Source: Hormiphora californensis (taxonomy: Eukaryota > Animalia > Ctenophora). From it: DNA of 64,000 nt. Made by a program: the position numbers and the translations under genes. How positions within the stretch are numbered: position 1 is the first letter of the stretch; each line of letters starts with the position of its first letter. Where the stretch lies: contig CM035355.1 of NCBI GenBank assembly GCA_020137815.1, positions 7,130,001 through 7,194,000 of the forward strand. The letters run 5' to 3'. Below the pieces are notes generated by a model. The model ran no database searches, was not told the DNA's origin, and saw only the letters and a list, made by a program, of their open reading frames with translations. Positions 24,300 to 36,410 of the stretch are shown one piece after another.

Positions 24300-24557
24300 A
24301 GAAAGGAAAGGAAGAATATTTAAAGAGGATGAAACAGAGCAAGAACGAATGAAGAAGCTGTTATTATGTTAGCCAGAGAGGGCGTGAGAGTGTGACGGAT
24401 TTAATAGACACTGAATTGTTGAGTCTCAACAGACAATGACGGGATAGATTGTGTGACAGAAAGTGCTGTATTGTAGATGGATTTGAGCATTTTACGGGTG
24501 ATGACCAATTCGGGCGCCCGATTTTTTAACACGGTTCTATATTCCTTTGTCGGCAGG

Positions 24558-25480
24558 TCAGAGAGGGGCAATGAGGGGGGCAATGAGGGGCGAGAGGGAC
24601 AATGAGAAACAATGGGAACTGTGACAGTGAGACAAAGAGAGAGGTATTCCTTGGAGCGTGAAATCAGACTCTTGCAGAGAGGTGAAAAGAGGGCTGTGAT
24701 TTTAGGGGACAAAGGGGCAGGTCGGTAGAACTTCGACAGAATTTAGGGTAGGTCAATTTAGGGTAAGTCAATTTAGGGTAGGTCTGAATTTAGGGTAGGT
24801 CTGAATTTAGGGTAGGTCTGAATTTAAGGTAGGTCTGTAATGTATCGTTTACCAAAGCATTGTAATTCGACATTAGGTTCTGATTAGGTCGCTGAACCGC
24901 GTCCCCTATCTCGTATCAAATCATTACAATTCGAGGTTAGACACAAATTAGATGGCAAACGAATTGTTTTTTTTCCTTAAACAGGTTTCAACTCAGGATG
25001 GAACTCTTAAAATCTACGTGCATAAACTAATCAGTGAACAGTCAAACAGTCCTAATTTCATTTGATGCGATATGGAACACAGTCTACCGACCTAACTCAG
25101 TTCCCCTACTTTAAGTAGTACTTAGTGTCGGTGACTAAGATGGAATTGCAATGAGTTGATACGAGATAGGGGACGAATTACAATGCTTTGGTAAACGATA
25201 CATTACAGACCTACCTTAAATTCAGACCTACCCTAAATTCAGACCTACCCTAAATTCAGACCTACCCTAAATTGACTTACCCTAAATTGACCTACCCTAA
25301 ATTCTGTCGAAGTTCTACCGACCTGCCCCTTTGTCCCCCAAAATCACAGCCCTCTTTTCACCTCTCCGCAAGAGTCTGATTTCACGCTCCAAGGAATACC
25401 TCTCTCTTTGTCTCACTGTCTCAGTTCCCATTGTTTCTCATTGTCCCTCTCTGTTCCCCCCTCATTGCCCCTCTCTCTGT
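24558..25480. mobile_element. Nested foldback palindrome; inner element ~24715-25328 with GGCAGGT ends, outer ~155-bp inverted arms
   Basis: GGCAGGTCGGTAGAACTTCGACAG and its reverse complement; AATTTAGGGTAGGTC subrepeats; flanks also inverted, with a few mismatches. Confidence 0.8.
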
Positions 25481-25609
25481 TCCTCACTTATCCCGATAAT
25501 CCTCCCTTCGCAGATATTGTTCGGTAGTTTGAGTTGCTAGGGCGATGTTCCCTCTCAATGGATGCCCTTCTGATAAGAAACATGTCACGTGGTCAGTCAC
25601 GTGTCCCGC

Positions 25610-27070
25610 AGGATCACGGAGCAAATCCATCATTCGAATTCACCTGATATTTTCTACTCAACAACCTGATTGAGGTATTGTACATAGTAAATGTTTTGGT
25701 TATATTGACCCCAGTTCCTTTATTGTTCATACTATTGGGCATCGGAGGCCCCGTGAGAAAGCCACGCGTATCAGTCAACGTGCCCACATCGTCACGTTGA
25801 GTGATACGCAGTGACTTATCTGGCATGAGCTTCTCTTTCTCTCTCTCTCTCTCTGAGAGCGAGGCGGAGCAGAGAGAAGCGATGAGAGGAGACAGAGAGC
25901 AGTCGAGACGTAGCGAGAGCGACTCGCAGAGCGAGACGAGGCGCCGAGCAGCCCGCGAGCGGCGCGCGGAGGCGCTGCGCGCGAGCGCGCGAGCGGCGGC
26001 AGGCGGAGGCAGAGCGAGCCGCAGAGAGGAGCGGCAGAGCGAGCCGGGGACGAGAGAGCGGAGCGGCAGAGACGAGCGCGGACGAGAGAGAGCAGCGAGA
26101 GAGGATAGAGGGCGAGCGGAGACGAGAACAATGCAGACTGCGAAGACTGATAGCTGCTCTCTATCTCTCGTCTCTCTACGCGGAGCTGCATCGGCTCTCT
26201 TAGGTCGTCTCCTAATACTGCTCTCTCTGCTTAATCTGTTAGATCTTATTTCGCTCTAGCTCTTCTATCTTTCATCTTCTCTCGCACTCTCTATCTACTC
26301 TCTTTCTCTCTCTCTACGTCTCTCGCTCTCTCTCTCGCTCGCTCTCTATCCTCATCTCCCCTCCCTAGTCCAAGTGCAGTGAATCAGATACATGTCGCAA
26401 TGTCTGTTTCCTATGCCGAACTTGTGTCGGTCTTGCTAGTGGTATGCCATATTAGTGAGGTTCTTGGGACAGGGACAGAATGTCAGTGGGAAGAGAGAGT
26501 CACAGGGGACAGTGGGGCTATTTTACATGATCCTGTCACCATAGTCAAGGTTTGTTTCCCTAGGCAGCTGTCATGAATCGCGCTGATCCTTCCCCGCACG
26601 CTTTGAGCAGAGCGTGGCGACCGGCCATCAGCTCGATGACTGACCACTCGCCAGGCATCGAGCTGATAGCTAGGCGGGCCCGACAGCAATTCCTGCTCTG
26701 AGCATTTAATCTCATCTTGCATTACGACACTAGCTCCGTTGCAGACCCTTGCTTGTTGGACTTGGAGAGCGTGGTGGTGCAACTGTACAAGCTGCTGCCA
26801 TTATACAAAATCCACTTGATCTGCTATAGTCATGTTCTGTCCGGCGCCGCCTGACTCTGACCCCATTTTGAGCCTCAAAACGACAGTGCACTCAGATCGT
26901 GTTGGCGCCGCCATACTTGTTCACCCCTTACTTGACAACGCCAGAATGTTCAATCTGAATCCCACCTTCCCCCAGGTATGTGAGCCGGGTAGGATAGATC
27001 TTGTCGGTGATTCCACGGCTCTGTTTGTTCGTGTTGAAGATGAAAGTGGAGCCAACATCACAAACATGGC
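25610..27070 (-). other. Probable coding exons of an unidentified gene with many frame disruptions, around a garbled GA/CG-rich tract
   Basis: Acceptor-like TTTACAG followed by ATG near 27065 and an acceptor at ~25820 before an open frame; no recognisable domain. Confidence 0.25.
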
Positions 27071-28069
27071 TGTAAATTCGTCAGGTGAATATTATACTGA
27101 ATGTTTCCTTGGTTTTACATCAAGGAAACATTTTTACACATGTGATTTTGATTTCACAAGTACTTTCTGGACGGCCGTCTCCTAAAAAGTTTAGACAACA
27201 GCGTCGGTTGGTAATTAAATTTGGGGCAGTTCTATTCTCCTTTGGCTTTACTGCAACGGTATTGCTGATGTGTCCGTGTCGGGACGATATTATGTGTGGC
27301 GAAATTCGGAAAAAGATATGTTTTCTAAAACTTAGACAGGGTTATCTAAATTTTATTAGAAGTTCAATTTGAAAATCTAGAATCACTTTCACCGTTTCAT
27401 GCATGACTTGGCATCTGAAGCTAATCTCACCATCGCCCAGATTCATTCCTTTCGCGAGAACATGTGATAGGAGACCGGCTGGAGGTCAGAATAAAGTCGA
27501 AAGTGCTGTCAGTATCGGGTCAGTATGGAGACAAGTGGAGGGTGGTGGTGGATTTGTGGACGATAAGCGAGGGAAATGTCTCAACTTTGCTTGTAATCAG
27601 TTTACAACATGTGTCACCTCAAAATGAAACGGTAAAATCACACAGTTCTAGAATCTTATTGTGTTTTATTCAAAATACGAACAGATCAGCTTGTCACTAA
27701 TTAATTAGTGACAAGCTGATTATAATTTAGTGCTAATACAGGGTGCATAGCAGTGTATACGTAGTAGTACGAAACAAATGGGAAAGAGAAAAAAAAGAGA
27801 AAAGCATGTCAATTCATCACAATATCTCCCCAGATCTTGACTGGGACCACGACTGAACCCCGGGTGCATGTGGGTTTCAGTTCTCCTACGACAGCCGAGT
27901 CAAAGCTTCCAAAAAGTAGCAACATAGCGATCAGTGGGGTATGGGCCTTGCTGGTGGATTCACTACTTGATAATGATCTCTCGAAAGGTAAACTGGGACT
28001 TCTCTCTCTATCTCTCTCTCTTGTATTAATTCAGATTCCAACATCACCCTCCAGTCACCACTTTTTTAG

Positions 28070-28688
28070 GTCTCGTTTGTCCCAGTCCTAGTTTCTCTCC
28101 GCCGCTCAATCACACCAGTGCAGTAGCCTACACCCTGGCCCAGGGCCATGCGGAACTGGAGTGTGTGGCCGGGTATGGTTCGTACCTGCCACATATCAAA
28201 TTGTCATGTGAGAGTGGTGTGTGGAAAGTGCAACTACCCAATTTTATGGTCTGTAGAAAATGTAAGTCCGAAACTCTGAGATTCAAAATGACGGTCAAAT
28301 AATTATTTAGTAGACTTTATGCAATTGTAATTACTAATTACTCACTAGCCGGCCTCTTTCTAAACTATTCAATTCAATTGTAATTATTTGATGGTCATGT
28401 ATCCGGAATACTTTTTGAATTTGTTTCTGATAAATAATTCAACTTGAATTTTTAGACCCTTGAATTTCAAGGGTCTATCTAGCTTTTCTAGCTTGTTATC
28501 TGTTCAGAAATATTTAACGCAATCGGCATGTCGGCATAAAATTTTCTATTCGTTAAATTAACTTAACGAATAAAGACATTTTATACCGTCAAGTATATCT
28601 GTCACGCATGCCTCACAGTTGCAAGATAATAAAACACATCTTTCTACCACTTTTCTTCGCCTCGATAGCCATCGATATTCACACTCCA

Positions 28689-28755
<67 letters not shown>

Positions 28756-30143
28756 CTCTCACCTTCCCTTCGCTTTGCCTTGTTCGACCCTCACCTTCCC
28801 ATCTCTCTCTCCGTAATCGCAATACAATACAAGGCAAGGAATTGAGTACGGACCGGGACAGATAACATATATTTTATGCCCTTTCAAACTCAACTGATAG
28901 TGAAAAAAATCTCAGAATAACAATGCATTTATAATTAGAAACATAATAAAAAATATTGCGAATGCAGATGAACTATGGCCATCGTGCATTTTCCTGATTG
29001 GGTGGCGTCCTGACAGTGTCAGGCTGACACTGTCAGTGACAGCGTCCACCCGATTCGGCGGCGCCAGACAAATTGTAAATAATCGTCCTTAACTGCAGTG
29101 TCATGCGTGGATAAGATTCTGGTGGATCCAAGAGGCACAGTAAAGCCTAAAGGTGAACCAAGGTATCACATTGGAGTGGCTGGAGGCAAGGTGGAGTTCG
29201 TGTGCAGTAATTATTACTTGGTAAGAGCTGATTCAAAGCGAGTTTGTTTGTTTGTTTGTCACTAAACCATGGGGTACGCTCAGCAAACCTCCATACCAAC
29301 CCGGGTATGTGGTAACTATGGCGCTGAGTCTATTTCTCTCCCGCTGGAGTTCTGTGTAGTTTTGAATAGTATAGGATTATTAGAGTGCTTCTAACTACGC
29401 AAACTGGAAATTGCCCTATTTCCTACATTTCACTGTTATTTCAGCCAGAGTTCAGTATTGGAGAATGTCTAGAGAACGGTTCATGGTCCTGGGAATCAGC
29501 CCCTAACGGTCCTCGATGTCTTCTTAATCGAGGTAAGCAGTTTAGTAGTCTCTTTTCCAAAATTCCTAGATTACAAGATTCCTACTCTATTCTACAACAA
29601 ATTTGTTATACCCGCCATGGGACGATCAGAAATTTCCAAAGGCCCCTACTTCAAACCAACCAACGGCGTCTTTGAAGTTTATACTGACCAACATTCCCCC
29701 TTTTTTCAGCCTTCGTCTGTCTAGATGATCCACCCCAAATTTCCAACACTAACCTTCTCTCCACCCCACCATACAACCTGTCAACTACAGTTCACTACTC
29801 CTGTTTACCTCACACCTACACCACATCGCCCTCCCTCAATGCTACATGCACCCTACTAAACGACAGCACTATCGGCTGGGAGGGGGACCCTAACCAGTCC
29901 TGTACCCCTGTCCCTGATTGTCCCAGTGGCCATGGTGGCTTCCTAACCGATCCCTGGGAGATGATAGTGGTGTGTGCGTGTGGAGGGGCTATGGGGATTA
30001 GTATGGTGAGTCTAATGATTGTGGCAATTGGGTGTAAAAGGAAAAAGAGACGGGTCACTCCAACTGTGAATATTAACTTTAGGGGAGGGAATATTAGCAA
30101 GACAGACTCTCTTGTTGTTTCGGTTGAAGACTGTGATTTCTGA
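28070..30143 (+). CDS. Type I membrane protein with three sushi/CCP domains (first exon probably ~27920-27987, start unresolved)
   Basis: Exons ~28070-28261, 29099-29220, 29444-29531 and 29710-30143: CPSP..LECVAGY..LSCESGVW..C; C..VEFVCSNYYL..ECLENGSW..PRC; CLDDPPQISN..VHYSCL..ATC..GW..SC; then a TM helix and KRKKRR. Confidence 0.8.
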
Positions 30144-30328
30144 AGGGATGACACGAAAGTACCAGCTTTGAACACGGAAAAAGAGGATCTGTGTAAATCG
30201 AGTACATCCTTGCCCCTTGGTATGAGCTCACGGAGTAGGTCGTCAGATGCGAGTTTTATGAGCTAGATAGCATCTAGATAGATTCTATCTAGTAGGAGTA
30301 TCTAGTAGATACAGTCGGACCCCGATTC

Positions 30329-33300
30329 TTCTTCTTCTTCTTCTGGGAGGACGCTGGCTAGTGCGAAGCACTAGCCAGTAAGGGGTGGGTGCCATGAGGC
30401 TCCCGTTCCCCGTCCTGGGTGGTGTGGCTGGTATGTTGCCAACTGCTTCGGCCCAAGGAGACTTGGGGAGCTGGTGCCATACCAGGTCACAGGGGAAACC
30501 TCCCTTTAAGGGGTGGTTTCAGGGGGGTGAAGTATCTCCATCGCCTTCTTATAGAACGAGATCGTTTTTCTAAGGGGTTGATGGTGTCTAATTTCGTACA
30601 TGCTGAGGCCCAGCCTGTCAAAGGATTCCTGTCGGAGTTTCCAAAGGGCGGGGCATTCAGTAAGTACATGCTTTATTGTCTCGTCTTCCATCCCACATGC
30701 TGCACAGGTTGTGGTCTCGACTTTTTTTAATTTTTTCATGTGGTAGTTAAGGTGGCAGTGCCCTGTGAGTAGGTGTGTCGCCGCCCTTAGGTCTGTTCTA
30801 TTAAGTTTTTGAAGAGGTCTCTCATATCTTTCGGTCCACATCATGTCCATATGTTTGGTTTGTTTGATGGGTCCGGTTTTAACCTTCTCCCTGAGGGCTG
30901 CATAGGCTGCCGCTTTGGGAATTGGTATGAGAGTAACTTCTTCGATTTCCTGAGCACCCCTTTTTGCCAAGATGTCTGCTATTTCGTTTCCATCGTACCC
31001 TTGATGGGCCGGGATCCATCTAATCATGACATCGTTGAATATGGCTAGGGTGTTCAGATTTTTGATAGTCTTTATCGTGGTTTTTGATCTGCATGTCGTG
31101 GAGTCTAGGGTCTTTATTGTCCCTTGACTGTCACAGTTTATGAGTATTCGCTCGTTAGCTGTTCCCCTATCCAGGAGATATTGAGCCGTCTGTTGTATGG
31201 CATACATTTCTGCCGCCGGGACAGTTCCTTCGGGGCCTAGGTTATACGAATTTCGAGCTAGCTCTGTTTCGCCAGAGTGGATAATGTATCCTGCACCGGC
31301 ATTGTTGTTAATTTTTGACCCATCAGTGTGTGCAACTATCGTGTACTTGTCTCCATCCTCCAAAAACGTCTCCCTTTCTGGGATCTCTAACGAGAATTCC
31401 CTGTCTAGGGTGAGTTCCGGGGTTGTGAGATCGTGACATCTGCCCTCTGCTTCCAGAGTTCTGAGATCACGTGATACCGTGTTGGCATGCGAAGTGAACA
31501 CTTTTGGGGTCTTTAGGTCTGATTTTATTGGCCCTTCCCATTCTCCCGTTGCCATTAGGGTGTATGCAGTTTTGGCTGCACAGTACCTCAGATGGTCGGT
31601 GATCGGGGCGGTGTTTGTGATTGTGTCTAGGGCTGTTGATGGCGTCGAGGGCATGGCCCCAGTTACCATCTTGAGTGCTAGCCTCTGTACCCTTATCATG
31701 TTTTCTTTGTTTGTTTTGGTTCGCATTGCATTAGCCCAGACCATTGCCCCGTAGCATAAGGTGGGTCTCACTATTGCAGTGTATATCCATAGGGCCGTTT
31801 TAGGGTTTAGTCCCCACGTGGGTCCCACCACTTTACGGCACTGCATCAGGATATTTTTTGCTTTTTTTATTTGTTTGTTTACGTGCTCGTTCCAGTTCAG
31901 TTTGCTGTCAAGGGTAATCCCTAGAAACTTCGTGGATTCGGACACTTTGATAGGGTTACCCTGAATTTTGATCGGGTTTCCAATTTTCACATTTTTTCGA
32001 TGGGTGAATATGACTACATGCGATTTCAGGGCACTTAGTTTGAGCCCTACTGTCTTACACCAGGCGTTTATGGAATTAAGCCCCTTCTGGGTCGCGTCCC
32101 TTAGAGGGAGTATGTCCGCAGAGGGTCCATTTCTTCCGGAGGGCATTGTGGTTGCTACTATATGACATAAGTCATCCGCAAAGCCCTGTAGTTCACCTGG
32201 TATATTCTTTTTGCTATGGTTTAGTAGATCGTCCATTACCAGGTTCCATAGGAACGGGGAAAGTATTCCTCCCTGGGGACAACCCCGGGTGGCTCTTATA
32301 GTAAGGGACTCTTCCATTAGGTTCGTGGTTATTTCGCGGTTTGAGATCATGTAGGTGATCCAGACCGCTGTTCTTTTGTCGCGTAGCTTTGCATGAAGGG
32401 CTCTTTCCATAGCTTGGAATGCCACATTATCGAAGGCTCCCTCGATGTCCAAGAACGTACCCAGGGCAATGCCCTTGTGCATGAGGGTGCCTTCGAGTTT
32501 GCGTACTACTTTATGGAGGGCTGTTTCTGTTGAAACGCCTCTTCTAAATCCATATTGGGACTTGTTTAATTTTTTGTGTACTTTTTGGTCTACCTCAATG
32601 TGCCATAGAATTAACCGTTCCATGAGTTTGTGGAGGTTTGACGCAAGGGTTATTGTTCGGTATGATTTAGGCATACGATAGTCATCCTTTCCTGGCTTGG
32701 GCAGGTAGATGGCTTCTGCTTCCTGCCAGGATTTGGGGGTTACCCCTAGACTGTACGATGCCTTAGCTATCTTTGCAAATGGTTCAGCAATAATGTCTGC
32801 TACTTTTTGCATCATGATGGGCCTGATGCCATCCGGCCCAGCAGCTGTTAAGGGTTTAAATTCCCTCAGCGCCTTGATGATACGTGTTTTCGAGAATGTT
32901 TTTTCATCAGACCACTCCCCTTCTGGGGCTTCAGTTTTGTCCTTGAGGGAGGGTCTAGTTGAGTGGTCCTCGCCAAAGTGAACCTCTGCCATTATCTGGA
33001 GGGTTTCTTTAGGGGACTGTGATAGTTCACCATTTGCGTCAAAGATACAGCTGAGATTATAATCTTTACTGTTCTTGAGCACTTGGCTAACCTTCTGGGC
33101 ATCTGAATATGCATCGAGATCTTCAGCCCATATTTTCCAGTTTTTAAATTTAGACTGGTTTTTGGTTTTTGTGTATTTGTTTCGAGCTGTTTTTGCTGAG
33201 TCCCAGTCCTGATGCACTTTCGTGGTCTGGGCGTGTCTCAGTTTATCAAACATTTCCTCCCTAGCTGCCTTGACCTCCCCACTGAGCCACGGGGGGTCTT

Positions 33301-35190
33301 TGGAGTGGGCGGAAACGTATGTTTTTGGGGTACACTTGTAGTATGCCCACAGCATCAGTTCTATTAGTTTTTCGTTGGCTGTTTCAAGTTCTTCGGCGTT
33401 TGATATTACCATTTCTGTCAGTCCTGTTTCTTCTAGGCCCTTTTCCACAAGTTGTCTATATAGGGCCCAGTTTGTTTTCTTAATATTGTAGAATGAGCGG
33501 ATCTTGCTACCGTCCATGTCCCTCAACACAAATGTGATGGGTACGTGGTCGGATCTGCATTTTCCTTCTACTGTCTGCCAGTCTTGTATCATGTCCAGTG
33601 CATGGTTGTTGGTCATGGTAAGATCTAGCACATTTTTTCTTGTTCCATTGTCGAAAGTGTGGGGGCAATTCACGTTCGATACATGCAGATCAAGATCTAC
33701 AATGGCATCTAATAGTGCATCTCCCCTTTTCTTCCCAATAGGATCTTTAACCAGTGCCCCCCAACTAGTGTTGTGGGCGTTGGTATCAGATCCAATTACT
33801 AGTTTCAGGTTATTTCTTTTTGCGTGGGCTGCCAACTCTCCTAGTAATTTAGGAGGGCATTCTAGCTCTCTGTCCATGTACATTGAGCATAAAATGACTG
33901 ATTTGGTGCCCAGTTTGACAAGGATAGTGACTGTGTCCCTGTCAGTGAATTTGTCAAGGAGAAATACGTTCCTCCCTAGGTTACTATTGATTAAGATGCT
34001 CGCACGTGGTCTCTGAGCCCTTTTGTCATATAGGGCAGAGAATCCTCCGCTGGCTCTAACTTTAGATGTTTTCCCTATAATAGGTGGTTCTTGGGCTAGG
34101 ATAATTTGTGATCGTGTTTGGTTACAGGTGATTATGTCATCCCATGCTTCATGACTTTTATGGAGGTTAATTTGTGTTACTCTGATGTTTTTACTTATTT
34201 TCTTGGCTGCTGAGGGTCCTGGAGGCGGCCCTAGATTCTGCTGCCCCTCCTTCTGGGGTGGGGGCGGCAGATTGTCTTGGGCTCCGCGGGCAGTGTTGGA
34301 CCTCCCTGTCCCTTCCTTTCGGAGGGTCATTTGGATTCCACCTGCACTATTCGGGGCTGCGATTTGACTCTTCTGCCCTTTCCCTGTCGCTACACTGCCC
34401 GAATCTCCATCATTTAGAAGGTCAGCTTCTCTTACGGGCGATAGTCCCGTTTTACAGGGGCTGGTGCCCTCATGTAATGGAGGGTGCTCCCCGGATGGAG
34501 GGTGCTCCCTGAAGGGCCCTCCTGGGATGGGGGCCCTGTGCGGAGTTGCTGAGAGTCCTCTAGCTATTTGGGGGAGATAAGGGTAGTGAGAGTCCTCACT
34601 TAGATGGTTTGTGAAGGTAATATAATTCTCCATATAGCATGGGATTATGGCGGGTCAGTAATGATATGCCCCGTTGTTTTAAAAGGGAAAGAAGAGACGC
34701 CTCATGACCACAGAATTAAGGCCCCGTGGCCTGGGGGTCGGCGAATTACACACCCTATTGGCCTATATATAATTGGTTCTTTAGTTAGGTTATGTAAGGT
34801 CGGGAGCAAGGGTAGCCCATTTGATTTGGGCATCCCTGTAGTTGCCCCGTCCCAAAAATTGGCTCTGGTAGTTACAGGGGAACGTAAAAGAGCCCCTGGG
34901 TAATAATATAATGAAGTGTTTAACTCCGGTCTCTGCTGGTTTTCTACCATTGTACCTGGAGTGAATTTATTAGTAGTTTGGAATTTTTGAATCTTGATTA
35001 AGGGGTTGGGTTAGTCCATGTTAGATGGAGAGACCCATTACAGGGGGGTGTGTGGTTTGTCCCCTGGGTATGCTCTCCAGAGATGGAGTCTTTAGACACT
35101 ATCGCTAGCTACATCCCTTTTAGTAGGGTTGTGCTAGACGTTAGCCCCGGCCCGCACTCCATCAGGCGTAGGAAGGAATCTCACTTTCCG
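30329..35190 (-). mobile_element. Apparently full-length non-LTR retrotransposon (I-group, Lian/LOA-like) with (GAA)n tail and 12-bp TSD
   Basis: TSD GGACCCCGATTC at 30317-30328 and 35191-35202; tail at ~30329-30343; one long intact ORF. Confidence 0.92.
30506..34633 (-). CDS. Retrotransposon polyprotein: APE endonuclease, RT, RNase H and CCHC
   Basis: QINL..LAQEP..GSDTNAH..SDH (APE); LDIEGAFD, GCPQGGILSP, GFADD (RT); HTDGSK..AAEM..CDSQ..WIPAHQGYDGNEIAD (RNase H); CAACGMEDETIKHVLTEC. Confidence 0.96.
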   Translation of the reverse strand: MENYITFTNHLSEDSHYPYLPQIARGLSATPHRAPIPGGPFREHPPSGEHPPLHEGTSPCKTGLSPVREADLLNDGDSGSVATGKGQKSQIAAPNSAGGIQMTLRKEGTGRSNTARGAQDNLPPPPQKEGQQNLGPPPGPSAAKKISKNIRVTQINLHKSHEAWDDIITCNQTRSQIILAQEPPIIGKTSKVRASGGFSALYDKRAQRPRASILINSNLGRNVFLLDKFTDRDTVTILVKLGTKSVILCSMYMDRELECPPKLLGELAAHAKRNNLKLVIGSDTNAHNTSWGALVKDPIGKKRGDALLDAIVDLDLHVSNVNCPHTFDNGTRKNVLDLTMTNNHALDMIQDWQTVEGKCRSDHVPITFVLRDMDGSKIRSFYNIKKTNWALYRQLVEKGLEETGLTEMVISNAEELETANEKLIELMLWAYYKCTPKTYVSAHSKDPPWLSGEVKAAREEMFDKLRHAQTTKVHQDWDSAKTARNKYTKTKNQSKFKNWKIWAEDLDAYSDAQKVSQVLKNSKDYNLSCIFDANGELSQSPKETLQIMAEVHFGEDHSTRPSLKDKTEAPEGEWSDEKTFSKTRIIKALREFKPLTAAGPDGIRPIMMQKVADIIAEPFAKIAKASYSLGVTPKSWQEAEAIYLPKPGKDDYRMPKSYRTITLASNLHKLMERLILWHIEVDQKVHKKLNKSQYGFRRGVSTETALHKVVRKLEGTLMHKGIALGTFLDIEGAFDNVAFQAMERALHAKLRDKRTAVWITYMISNREITTNLMEESLTIRATRGCPQGGILSPFLWNLVMDDLLNHSKKNIPGELQGFADDLCHIVATTMPSGRNGPSADILPLRDATQKGLNSINAWCKTVGLKLSALKSHVVIFTHRKNVKIGNPIKIQGNPIKVSESTKFLGITLDSKLNWNEHVNKQIKKAKNILMQCRKVVGPTWGLNPKTALWIYTAIVRPTLCYGAMVWANAMRTKTNKENMIRVQRLALKMVTGAMPSTPSTALDTITNTAPITDHLRYCAAKTAYTLMATGEWEGPIKSDLKTPKVFTSHANTVSRDLRTLEAEGRCHDLTTPELTLDREFSLEIPERETFLEDGDKYTIVAHTDGSKINNNAGAGYIIHSGETELARNSYNLGPEGTVPAAEMYAIQQTAQYLLDRGTANERILINCDSQGTIKTLDSTTCRSKTTIKTIKNLNTLAIFNDVMIRWIPAHQGYDGNEIADILAKRGAQEIEEVTLIPIPKAAAYAALREKVKTGPIKQTKHMDMMWTERYERPLQKLNRTDLRAATHLLTGHCHLNYHMKKLKKVETTTCAACGMEDETIKHVLTECPALWKLRQESFDRLGLSMYEIRHHQPLRKTISFYKKAMEILHPPETTP

Positions 35191-35458
35191 GGACCCCGAT
35201 TCAGTGGCCCCCGATTTAGTGGCACCCCGATTTAGTGGCAGGATTTTTCCCCCAATATAGGAAATTAACGTTATTTGAACCCGATTCAGTGGCACCCCGA
35301 TTTAGTGGCAGGATTTTTTCCCCCCGAGGATGCCACTAAATCGGGGTCCGACTGTACTGTTTGATAAAGTTTGGAGTATGCAGTAGGATTAAGAGACTGG
35401 TAATTGATAGCAAATAGGTAGGATTTGTTAATTGAACTGCAGTACCGGAATCTGAGTA

Positions 35459-36212
35459 GGGTAAGCTGGGGCGAAAGTGGCCCATTTTTAACGTTTTAGG
35501 TTCTAAAATACGCAATTTATACAGCAGGAAGAAAAAAATTATATAGGCTATCCAATGAAACCTTTTCCTTTCAGCCGAGCTAAATTTTAAAATCTACAAG
35601 TTTTATTTAATGGGTTAATTAATCAATTCAAATAATTTGGTGAGGCGTTTTTTGGAAAATTTGCACCGGGGCAAAGTGGCCCAAGCCAATAGCATTGCTC
35701 GATTTTATCACGTGCCTGGTGTTGTTAGACGAAACGATCAAACTAGGGGCAAAGTGGCCCATGTTCTGCACCGGAACATGGGCCACTTTGCCCCTAATTT
35801 GATCGTCTGTACTACATTTTTGTGCATTCCAATGTCACGTGGTATTGCAGGCGCCATTTCATTGGTCCTAGAGGTGGGCCACTTTGCCCCAGACCGGACC
35901 ACTTTGCCCCGGAGAGTGGGCCATATTCGCCCCGATTTCACAAAATTGACAATTAAGACAACAAAAATGCCAATTTCATCAAAAATGTTTATACCACGTT
36001 TTAGAGAATTATAAAGCCTAACTGGCAGTTTTTGCAAAATTAAAATCGGCCAACCCAAACAGAAATGACAGCAGTTTTAAAGCGAAAATTCGGAACAGAA
36101 CGAGCAGGTCTCCGCTGGAGAAAAAGTCACGTGACCACATGTAATAACTAGGGCCACTTTGCCCCATACATGGGCCACTTTACCCCGCGGGCCATTTTGC
36201 CCCAGCTTACCC
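35459..36212. mobile_element. TA-flanked non-autonomous DNA transposon with internal GGGGCAAAGTGGCCCA repeats
   Basis: TA|GGGTAAGCTGGGGC...GCCCCAGCTTACCC|TA; several internal copies of the motif in both orientations. Confidence 0.8.
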
Positions 36213-36238
36213 TATTCATTACTCTCCCAAATAAATCA

Positions 36239-36410
36239 TAGCACTGGCAAGTGCCCCGGGCCCAAAAGGGGGGTGTGGGGGCGCAGCCCCCACCTTAAAC
36301 GGGGGTGTGGGGGCAGAGCCCCCACCTTAGAAATACCCTCTAACTCAAAAAATAAAAGAGAGAGCACACGGAACACTTCTACACACAAGCGCGTTAACCT
36401 GCCAGTGCTA
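36239..36410. mobile_element. Small TIR element with two GC-rich hairpins
   Basis: TAGCACTGGCA...TGCCAGTGCTA; two copies of GTGGGGGC(G/A)..AGCCCCCAC. Confidence 0.55.

Larger units (their letters stand above)
30312..35354. mobile_element. TA-flanked MITE (7748 family) split by the LINE
   Basis: TA|CAGTCGGACCCCGATT at 30312 and CCACTAAATCGGGGTCCGACTG|TA ending at 35354. Confidence 0.85.

Noticed and set aside
25775-26360. Arg/Ala/Glu-rich ORFs on both strands
   Set aside because: Low-complexity GA/CG tract that looks like a garbled microsatellite consensus
35100-35190. Hammerhead or HDV-like ribozyme at the LINE 5' end
   Set aside because: CTGATGG lacks the CUGANGA/GAAA core and I could not build the HDV pseudoknot by eye
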